From an uncultured Clostridia bacterium (lineage in GTDB: Bacteria; Bacillota; Clostridia; Lachnospirales; CAG-274): DNA of 60,437 bases. Below are positions 48,133-56,223 of this stretch, piece by piece. Both the position numbers and the translations under genes were made by a program. The notes beneath the pieces were generated by a model. That model worked only from the letters and a program-made list of their open reading frames with translations, did not search any database and had not been told where the DNA came from. Location of the stretch: NCBI GenBank assembly GCA_947631975.1, contig CANRNM010000001.1, positions 1-60,437 on the forward strand, written 5' to 3'. How positions within the stretch are numbered: the stretch's first letter is position 1; every line of letters starts with the position of its first letter.

Positions 48133-48717
48133 ATGTATCTGAATGATTTGATATACGAAAGAGGAATTACAAAATACAGATTATCAAAAGAAAGCGGAGT
48201 TCCCCAAACCACCATTATTGACATATGTAGTGAAAAATCCAAAATTAAAAATTGCGCTGCCGGTACTCTTTATAAAATAGCAAAAGCCTTAAATATATCA
48301 ATGGAAAGTCTTATAGCCAAAGAAGTCAATAAAAACGATATTCCTCACAGAAGTTCCTTTGAGGTTTTTAAAAGTAATGTTTGTCATCTTGTAAAAGACA
48401 AGGGCGATGTTGAATTTATTATAGATACGCTTTCTTCCGACGAAATAAGGACGCTGTATAACAGAAGGTGGTATGCAGAGGCATTTTATATGCTTGCCAT
48501 GATAGATTATCTTTCAAGAGAAAACAGTATTCCTATTTGCACTAATTACAATGACATTCGCTCTCAAAAACTAAAGGATATGATATATCCATCAAGCGCT
48601 GTGATCTCTGACGCGGCAATGAATACAACAAAACATTGCGAAGAATGTCTTAAAAATGCTATACCAGAATTTTTGAGATTTAATATAGTGGAAGGTGAGA
48701 TAAGAAATGTCTGCTGA
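48133..48717 (+). CDS. XRE-family HTH protein with an uncharacterised C-terminal domain (antitoxin-like)
   Basis: The ATG at 48133 has GGAGGTG 6 nt upstream. The N-terminal HTH reads ITKYRLSKESGVPQTTIIDICSEKSKIKNCAAGTLYKIAKALNISMESL. Its stop overlaps a truncated downstream ORF. Confidence 0.6.
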   Translation: MYLNDLIYERGITKYRLSKESGVPQTTIIDICSEKSKIKNCAAGTLYKIAKALNISMESLIAKEVNKNDIPHRSSFEVFKSNVCHLVKDKGDVEFIIDTLSSDEIRTLYNRRWYAEAFYMLAMIDYLSRENSIPICTNYNDIRSQKLKDMIYPSSAVISDAAMNTTKHCEECLKNAIPEFLRFNIVEGEIRNVC

Positions 48718-48761
48718 TACGATATTTACGAAAGACGATCTGAATATGTGTCTAAGAAAGC

Positions 48762-48989
48762 TTGCAGAGAAATTTTGCTAGCGCAATGGGACAACTAATA
48801 GATAAAATGCCTACCCTAAAATCGGGAGAATGCTTATTAATAGGGGATGCAGTTATTATCCTATCTATAGTTAAAATCGAAGAGTGTAATCCTAAACCAT
48901 CTTCCAATGATATTCCATATTTAGAGCTTTGGGAAAAAGAATGGTATGATCTTGATATTCAAGCAATAGTGGATAATTGGAGACAATAG
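48762..48989 (+). pseudogene. C-terminal remnant of a HerA/DUF87-type ATPase gene
   Basis: MPTLKSGECLLIGDAVIILSIVKIEECNPKPSSNDIPYLELW resembles the extreme C-terminus of HerA-like defence ATPases (L..GEali.G.av..P..v.i......P.S.D). No P-loop part is present upstream. Confidence 0.45.
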
Positions 48990-49012
48990 TAATAGCAAAA
49001 AGGAGTGTTAAT

Positions 49013-49765
49013 TTGGATATTGAAAGAACAAAACAAATAAAGTATCTTTTGTTAAGGTGTAAATCGTTAAAAGAAAACATGATTAGGACGCTTAAAGATA
49101 GCTCCACAAACGAAATAGGAAGATACTCTTCTTTTAGAACGTACGCTGAGGAACATGGTTTTTTAGCTTGTGAAGTCTGCAAGGCTTTAGAATTAAACAA
49201 CGAAAGAATTCTATATTATGATACAAGGAAAATGAAAGGATGGGCTGATACAGTTTGGGCTCAGCAAAAAGAAATTATTGATAGTTTGGTTGTATACACA
49301 GATACATTGATTGCTCTTTTAGAAAAGGAAATTGATTTTATAGACGATGAGTATACTAATTTGGAAAACTTCATAAAGAACAAATTAAGAAGCACCATCT
49401 TTACTATTCCAGAAAAAGAGAAAGAAGTACAAAATGCTATTGAAACTCTATTTGTTGGTAAAGGCTGGAATAAAGGAATAGATTATGATAGAGAAACTGG
49501 TAAGTTCGAGTTTTCAGGCAAGGAGTATATTCCTGATTTTATAGTACCTAAATTAAACTTATGTATTGAAGTGAAGCTATTGAAAGAAGGAAGAAAATCA
49601 AAAATTATTGAAGAAATCAATGCCGATATAACAGCTTATGATAAAGAATATAAGCGTCAGCTTTTCGTTGTATATGATCTTGGTGGTATACGAGATGAAA
49701 TTGAATTCAAACGAGATATAGAAAATGCTAAAGATGATATCAAAGTAATAATAGTAAAACATTAA
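49013..49765 (+). CDS. PD-(D/E)xK-like nuclease-fold protein
   Basis: The C-terminal part has YIPDFIVPKLNLCIEVKLLKEG (a D...E.K arrangement) and FVVYDLGG. The TTG start at 49013 has AAGGAG 7 nt upstream; the tracked start is 48977. Confidence 0.4.
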   Translation: MDIERTKQIKYLLLRCKSLKENMIRTLKDSSTNEIGRYSSFRTYAEEHGFLACEVCKALELNNERILYYDTRKMKGWADTVWAQQKEIIDSLVVYTDTLIALLEKEIDFIDDEYTNLENFIKNKLRSTIFTIPEKEKEVQNAIETLFVGKGWNKGIDYDRETGKFEFSGKEYIPDFIVPKLNLCIEVKLLKEGRKSKIIEEINADITAYDKEYKRQLFVVYDLGGIRDEIEFKRDIENAKDDIKVIIVKH

Positions 49766-50426
49766 TAGTTTCTGTATGTTTGGGATATAAATAACTGGCT
49801 GCACCCGAAAGCACAGCCGTAAATACTCAAATATAAACCATACACTTAACACTGCTTCTGCCTTGACTAGCCTATCAAGGGCGGCTCTGTATGCTCTGTC
49901 TGTGTTCTCAATCTCGGTCAGGTGGAACAGATCATAGGCATAAAGTTTATTGAGAATATTTCTTCTTATAATAGATTATATCCATTTGGCAGTGGGAGGG
50001 GAATCACCTCTCCTCACTACAATCATTATATTTTTTATTATCTGAATACCGACGAGATTGTCAAGTCCGCTGGATTAACAGCTTTTCAACAAAGTTGAGA
50101 CAAGTTACGCTAAAACTTGAAATTCACAGCAAGAACATTTGCTCTGAATTGCAGATTTTATTGCATTTTCGACGTTTTTGAAAAAATGGTAAAAATAAGC
50201 GAAACGATATTGCTTAGATCTGTACGAAAATTATCGAAATAGTGAAATTGCAGCAAAAGATACTTTAATCGATTTTGAAGCCAAGTACCCCGATGTTACA
50301 AATATAGACAACGTCAATGACATTATTAACAGTTTAAAGAAAAGACAAAAAAATTAAAGAAAAATTTTTTAAAAGTTAAATAGCTTTAATACAAATACCA
50401 ATATCAATATCCGCAAATAGGCTTAT

Positions 50427-50687
50427 TCATCGTATCTCTACTGAATAAGCCTGTTTAAAATTATTCCTTCTCATATTACCCGCTCCCCATTCTGCGTCAA
50501 AGCTTATAGCCACCTGTGGTTTTCCCTGTGTGTCCACGCAGTATATTGGCAGTTTTTTCTTAGCGGCGGACGTTTCTATGCTTTGAGTATCTCTTATAGT
50601 CTTTATCCCGCCGACAGTAAAAGCAAAAACCGTAATAATAACTAAAGCCAATAACGTGGGCTTTTTTCTTTTAAGGAAATTTTTCAT
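50427..50687 (-). pseudogene. 5' fragment of a polysaccharide deacetylase gene, copy 1, reading into an element arm
   Basis: MKNFLKRKKPTLLALVIITVFAFTVGG...PQVAISFDAEWGA is followed by out-of-gene sequence. It differs from copy 2 at 15 of 75 residues. Confidence 0.75.
50467..50489. repeat. Inner right junction: terminal arm CTTCTCATATTACCCGCTCC plus core CCGCTCCCCA
   Basis: It is identical over 23 nt to 54780-54802. The arm is the inverted partner of 33824-33843. Confidence 0.75.
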
Positions 50688-50923
50688 TAAAACACCTCCT
50701 TATAAAGGATATGACTTTAGCAGAAAATTTATAAATTTTTGTTCTGTTATATTTGAGATGTAAGCCGGAGAATAATATCGCTGAATCGTTTGTATATGCA
50801 CAAAATAAGTTGTTTATTTTAGCCAAGTCAAATGTAAAAATTGAATTATATATGGAAATATGCTATGATTTGTTTAAAACAATAAAAGTCGGATATGCTT
50901 TGACATTTTTACAGAGGTATTTT

Positions 50924-53773
50924 ATGGTGAATGAAATTGAAAAGCTTAAAGCAGAAATAACGAAATTAAAAAACGAAATTGAACGGCTGCGCAAAATACT
51001 TGACAATGCCGGTATTGAATATGATATTAAAAACGACAATAAAATATCAAGTGAAGTTATAACAAAAGAGCATATTTTTCTTTTTTATTCCTATTTCAAG
51101 GGAAGGAAGGATGTTTACAGCAGGCGAACGGTACGAAAAGACGGTAAAGCGGCTTATTACCCCGTATGCGATAATTTTTGGAAATACGGGATATGTCCCA
51201 GATGTGAGCAGAGGAAAACGAAATGTTCAGAGTGTGAACACAGGAAATGGACTCCGCTGACGCAAAGTGCAATATATGGTCATCTTATGGGGCGAAAGGC
51301 AAATTGCAGCGATGTGATAGGCATATATCCTATGCTTGAAGGAGATAAATGTAATTTCCTTGTTTTTGATTTTGATGATCACAGCGATGTAGATACAGGG
51401 ACAGAATGGGCAGAAGAAGTAAATACAATGAGAAAAATATGCGAAGATAACGACGTAGATATTCTTGTGGAAAGATCACGGTCGAGCAAGGGTGCGCATA
51501 TATGGATGTTTTTCGAAGAGCCCATAAGTGCGGCAAAGGCAAGAAAATTTGGTACTGCATTACTGACAAAAGGCGCAGAAACCGTAAATATGAAAAGCTT
51601 TACATATTACGATCGTATGATACCTGCTCAGGATCATCTGACCGAGGGCGGACTGGGAAATCTTATTGCTCTGCCTTTACAGGGACAGGCTCTTAAGAAA
51701 GGCAACAGCGCCTTTGTAGATGAAAACTGGGAGGTTTATGAGGATCAATGGGAAATTTTGAAAAATACCAAAAAATTATCATTAGATTTTGTGGAAGAAA
51801 AAATTTCTCTATGGAGTGAAAAAGCTGTATCGGATAATTCAGACGGTAAGCCGTGGGATATTAAAATAGATAAAAGGGATGCCGAGGGCTGTGTTGAAAT
51901 CACTCTTGCCGATAAGATATATATAAACAAAACTAATTTAAAACCAAGACTTCAGAACAGTATAAGAAGGCTTGCTGCTTTTGGCAATCCCGAATTTTAT
52001 AAAAATCAAGCCATGGGCTTTTCCGTGTTCAATTGTCCAAGGATCATATATTGCGGAGAGGATATAGACAATTATATTGCAATACCAAGAGGTTGTTTTG
52101 AAGAAATAAAGGCGTTGTTAAATAAAGCGGATATTGAAATAAAAATAGCAGATGAAAGGAATACAGGAAATAACATAAATGTAAAATTTAAAGGCAAGCT
52201 TTATTCCGAACAGCAAAAAGCGGCAGAAACTATGCTTAAATATGACTGCGGAATTTTAGGCGCGGCGACAGCCTTTGGAAAAACCGTAGTCGGCACATAT
52301 ATAATAGCGCAGAAAAAAGTCAACACGCTTATTTTGGTGCACAACAGGGAAATTATGAACAATTGGACAGAGGACATCAATAATTTCCTCGCAATCAATG
52401 AAAAGCTGCCTGAATATAAGACCAAAACAGGTCGTATAAGAAAAAGAAAGAGCCTTATAGGGAAAATATATGCGGGTCATAATTCTTTGACGGGTATAAT
52501 TGATGTTGCGATGATATCATCTCTGGGGAAACCCGAGGCAATAAGTGATATAGTCAAAAATTATGGTATGGTCATAATGGATGAATGTCATCATGGCGGC
52601 GCGGTAACGGCAGAGGCTGTTTTAAGGGAAGTAAATGCAAAATATGTTTATGGAATGACTGCTACTCCAAAGCGAAATGACGGTCATGAAAAGAGAGTCT
52701 ATATGCAGCTGGGGAATGTCAGATATAAATTTACGGCTCAGGAAAAAGCAGAGCTTCAGAATATTGATCATTATATATATCCGCGTTTTACAAGCCTTGT
52801 CAATATGGGGAAGGAATGGAATATAAATGAAGCCTACAAGGCAGTTATTACAAATGAGATAAGAAACAAAATGATTATTAATGACGCTGCTAAATGTATT
52901 GAGAATAAAAGAACACCATTGATAATCACAAAATTTAGAGAACATGCAGAACTTTTGAAAAATATACTTGAAGGCACAGCCGATAATATTTTTTTGCTGC
53001 AGGGAGGAAGAGGAAATAAGGAAAGAGAAAACATAAGGACAATGCTTCGGAATGTTCCCAAGACTGAAACGCTTATCGTAGTGGCAACAGGGCAATATAT
53101 AGGCGAGGGCTTTAATTTGCCAAGACTCGATACTATGCTTTTGGCAACACCTATAGCATGGTCGGGAAATGTTGAGCAATATGCAGGACGTCTCCACAGA
53201 GACTATGAAGGCAAGAAAGACGTTATCATTTATGACTATATCGACAATCATGTCCGCGTCCTTGAAAGAATGTATTATAAAAGGCTGAAGACCTATAAAA
53301 ATATGGGATATGAAATATATAATAATACATATGCCGAAAAACAAAAAGTCGGTTCTATATTTGACAGTAAAAGTTACGGTGAAATATTTGAAAGAGATAT
53401 TTACGAGTCAAATAAGGAAATAATAATATCAAGTCCGGGCATTAACAGTAAAAAGGTCGATAATTTTTGCAAAATAGTTGCCGAAAAGCAGAAAGACGGT
53501 ATACAAATTTGCGTTTTAACATTGTCCCCTGAAATCTATCCCGAAAAAATAAAGGATATTACAACGAATTTAATAAATAAACTGGAAGAAAAGGGCATAA
53601 GCGTAATATGTAAAGACAGCCTCCATGAGCATTTTGCTGTTATCGACAAAGAGATTGTATGGTATGGCAGCATGAACTTTCTGTCGAGAGAAAAGGAGGA
53701 AGACAATATAATGCGAGTTGTGAATAAGGAGATAGCAGAAGAACTTATGCTTATAACATATAATTGCAAGTGA
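50924..53773 (+). CDS. Fusion protein: archaeo-eukaryotic primase-polymerase (AEP) domain + SF2 (ResIII/DExH) helicase + C-terminal PLD-like domain
   Basis: The ATG at 50924 has AGAGG upstream. AEP domain: GRKDVY, Cys cluster CDNFWKYGICPRC...CSEC, VFDFDDH, SRSSKGAHIWMFF and GNLIALPLQG. Helicase: AATAFGKTVVG, MDECHH, MTATPKR and QYAGRLHR. PLD-like domain: HEHFAVIDKEIVWYGSMN. Confidence 0.75.
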   Translation: MVNEIEKLKAEITKLKNEIERLRKILDNAGIEYDIKNDNKISSEVITKEHIFLFYSYFKGRKDVYSRRTVRKDGKAAYYPVCDNFWKYGICPRCEQRKTKCSECEHRKWTPLTQSAIYGHLMGRKANCSDVIGIYPMLEGDKCNFLVFDFDDHSDVDTGTEWAEEVNTMRKICEDNDVDILVERSRSSKGAHIWMFFEEPISAAKARKFGTALLTKGAETVNMKSFTYYDRMIPAQDHLTEGGLGNLIALPLQGQALKKGNSAFVDENWEVYEDQWEILKNTKKLSLDFVEEKISLWSEKAVSDNSDGKPWDIKIDKRDAEGCVEITLADKIYINKTNLKPRLQNSIRRLAAFGNPEFYKNQAMGFSVFNCPRIIYCGEDIDNYIAIPRGCFEEIKALLNKADIEIKIADERNTGNNINVKFKGKLYSEQQKAAETMLKYDCGILGAATAFGKTVVGTYIIAQKKVNTLILVHNREIMNNWTEDINNFLAINEKLPEYKTKTGRIRKRKSLIGKIYAGHNSLTGIIDVAMISSLGKPEAISDIVKNYGMVIMDECHHGGAVTAEAVLREVNAKYVYGMTATPKRNDGHEKRVYMQLGNVRYKFTAQEKAELQNIDHYIYPRFTSLVNMGKEWNINEAYKAVITNEIRNKMIINDAAKCIENKRTPLIITKFREHAELLKNILEGTADNIFLLQGGRGNKERENIRTMLRNVPKTETLIVVATGQYIGEGFNLPRLDTMLLATPIAWSGNVEQYAGRLHRDYEGKKDVIIYDYIDNHVRVLERMYYKRLKTYKNMGYEIYNNTYAEKQKVGSIFDSKSYGEIFERDIYESNKEIIISSPGINSKKVDNFCKIVAEKQKDGIQICVLTLSPEIYPEKIKDITTNLINKLEEKGISVICKDSLHEHFAVIDKEIVWYGSMNFLSREKEEDNIMRVVNKEIAEELMLITYNCK

Positions 53774-53967
53774 GATAAAATTTATGAAAAAGCAATAGTT
53801 GTTTTAGAAAAAATTTTATCTATTCGTATAATCATATAATGTGAAGGGATAGTACCTGCAAATTGCGGCATTGAGAAACGATAATTTTGTGGTGTAATAA
53901 TTTATTTGAATTTTATGCAGCAGCGTAATATAATTATTTTAAAAAATATGAAAGGGTGTAATTTGAC

Positions 53968-54240
53968 ATGACAAACGAAGCTATATTGAGCAGCGAAAAA
54001 GACTATACAATATTCAGGTTCAATAACCATGTGATTCGTTTTAAATCTCCTTATTCTCTTGAAAAATATACTGAAATAAAAGAATGGGATGCAGGATATA
54101 TTGTAGTCATGGCAAAATATTTACACAACTCCGAAGAAGAGGAAGAGTATATAGATCTAGTGCTGATCCTGAGAAAATTGTATTATGATGTTGAAAGATT
54201 TTTAAAGCCTATAAAGAAGGTGAGGATATCTTATGATTGA
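53968..54240 (+). CDS. Hypothetical 90-aa protein
   Basis: It is an intact ORF with an A/G-rich region upstream (GAAAGGG). No motif was recognised. Confidence 0.35.
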   Translation: MTNEAILSSEKDYTIFRFNNHVIRFKSPYSLEKYTEIKEWDAGYIVVMAKYLHNSEEEEEYIDLVLILRKLYYDVERFLKPIKKVRISYD

Positions 54241-54772
54241 TATAGAAAAAACAGCCGACAATGCCGATATGATAATCAATGGCTATGCATATACTCAAAA
54301 CGGTGACGAAATTCAGGTTTTGAATCTGAATAATCAGTTGTACTTAATAAGACAGGTGAGGTTATGGAAACCAATATGGAAGATATAGAGATTGATATTG
54401 TCAAATCATATTTTGACAATAACCGTGATCTTATGGAGAATTAGTATGCCTAAATATTACGAATACAAAATTGCAGGATATTGTCCTGTATTTTACATCT
54501 CATTGTATTATTGAATGTATGCGTGTTCATGCCAATGACAGGAAGCTTACGGAAGCAGGTTCTGCAAAATTTTTTTGTCAAAGCAAATGATGATACGATA
54601 TTACAAAATCGTGGTATACTCAATGACAGGGAAATTGCTAAAAAACAAGCATTTATAAAGAAAAATTACAAAGAAATGTATCTTAAATGGCTTGAATACA
54701 GTAAAAATGCTTTTTATGAAGATAACTAGATCATATTGAAGTTTTGCTGCAAGATACCAGTTGATATTTAAA

Positions 54773-55000
54773 TCAATTCCTTCTCATATTACCCGCTCCC
54801 CATGCCGCGTCAAAGCTTATAGCCACCTGCGGTTTTCCCTGTGTGTCCACACAGTATATCGGCAGTTTTTTCTTTGCTGCGGAAGTCGCAACGCTTTGAG
54901 TATCCCTTATCGTACTTATCCCACCAACCGTAAGAGCAAATACGGCAATTGCAAAAACAGCCCATAGGGTTTGTTTTTTGCGTTTAAATATTTTGTGCAT
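54773..55000 (-). pseudogene. 5' fragment of the polysaccharide deacetylase gene, copy 2 (outer junction)
   Basis: MHKIFKRKKQTLWAVFAIAVFALTVGG...PQVAISFDAAWGA joins in frame with the 3' fragment at 33822 across the shared core. An RBS (AGGAGG) lies upstream at about 55010. Confidence 0.8.
54780..54802. repeat. Outer right junction: terminal arm plus core CCGCTCCCCA
   Basis: CTTCTCATATTACCCGCTCC (54780-54799) and core (54793-54802). See the left junction at 33813-33843. Confidence 0.75.
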
Positions 55001-55119
55001 TAAAACACCTCCTTATAAAGAATATGTTTTTGTTGGGGTGTTTATAAATTTTTATTTGATAATACGGTATAAAACAGCAGATAAACATAGGCTTGATGAC
55101 AGGCGAGCGGTACGACACT

Positions 55120-55935
55120 ATGTCAAAGAACATAAACGAGGCTTGGGATACAGTAATGAATAACATAGATAGTCTTACAGGCAGTCAAAAGGAGCTTGCA
55201 TTAATATATAAAAATGCAGGCAGATAGCTTGTCGACAATAGCTTACAGGGAGCGATAACTCACGAGGTCGGACATCATGTTCAATGGCAGGTACTGGACA
55301 CTAAGCTCAATAACTCCATTGGCAAGGATATGTCAAAGTATGCACCTAAAATATCGGGCTATGCAAACGCAAGCAAAAGTGAATACCTTGCTGAGAGTTT
55401 CAGCGCTTATATAAAAGGCGAAATTGATAAACTTGACAAAGATTATGTGGGCTTTTTGGATAAAAAATTGCTTGAAAAGTCTACAGAAAGTGGTATAATA
55501 AAATCAGAAGCTATAAGTGGAGCTTTAAATCCAATAAGTGATGAAGCTGAAAAACATGCTAAAACATATTATCAAGCTATTAGAAAAATGACACCATATT
55601 GTAAGCGTATTGCAGAAAACACAGGATATACAGAAGAGCAAATTAAAGAAATAAAAGATTTTATATTTATGTGTAAGCATGACTTGGGACAAGGCAAATT
55701 GGAATATTTTGTACCGAATTACGAAATGGCACAATCATGGCAAAGACTTATTGAAGGTAAAAATATTCAACCTCATGATTTAACACTTTTAAGACATGAA
55801 ATAATGGAAAAAGAACTTATGCTAAAAGGCATGACTCAAGATGAAGCACATATAGCAACTTCAAAAGTATATAACTATAAGAAGGAGTGTGAAGAGTATT
55901 ATGCTGAGATTGAAAAACATAAAAAGAACGGATAA
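55120..55935 (+). pseudogene. 3' portion of a larger HExxH-motif protein gene with an in-frame TAG
   Basis: The frame is open from about 55063 with no plausible start. A TAG at 55225-55227 is followed in frame by LVDNSLQGAITHEVGHHVQW...SGYANASKSEYLAESFSAYIKG, a zincin-like HExxH. The left end coincides with the end of the duplicated deacetylase-upstream segment. Confidence 0.5.
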
Positions 55936-56140
55936 TTTTATCGAGGCATATTACATTCCCGAAAATAAAGATGAACAGGGATATGTAAAGATTGATATTA
56001 GCACTAATGCCGTAGTAGAGAAACATTTGACCGACTCTGATTCTGTAGTAGCTACTTATTTTGCAATGGCAAGGAGCAAATTAAGGGATATAAAAAATGA
56101 TAAGGATTTACCAAGTAACTTATTATTAATGTGGCATTAA
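55901..56140 (+). CDS. Hypothetical 79-aa protein overlapping the end of the HExxH gene (immunity-like position)
   Basis: The ATG at 55901 overlaps the upstream ORF by 35 nt. No motif was recognised. Confidence 0.35.
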   Translation: MLRLKNIKRTDNFIEAYYIPENKDEQGYVKIDISTNAVVEKHLTDSDSVVATYFAMARSKLRDIKNDKDLPSNLLLMWH

Positions 56141-56223
56141 AGCACTTTTGGAAGATCAAGAGTGCTTTTTTAGTGGAGGTGCCGAGTAATGCTCGGTACC
56201 TACGGACAGAAGGAGGAAACACA

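Larger units (their letters stand above)
33823..54801. mobile_element. Composite AT-rich integrated island (serine-recombinase type) inserted in the polysaccharide deacetylase gene; an inner right junction lies at about 50,489
   Basis: The target gene is split, with a direct 10-bp core at both ends and inverted terminal arms. There is a sharp visible drop in GC at 33.85 kb. The interior holds a large serine recombinase, a Rep_trans-like gene and defence-type cargo. Confidence 0.7.

Noticed and set aside
50753-50923. The tracked TTG start and 57-aa leader of the primase-helicase ORF.
   Set aside because: The region is the AT-rich upstream segment shared with the deacetylase promoter copy. The ATG at 50924 has an RBS and is followed by a coiled-coil N-terminus typical of the mature protein.
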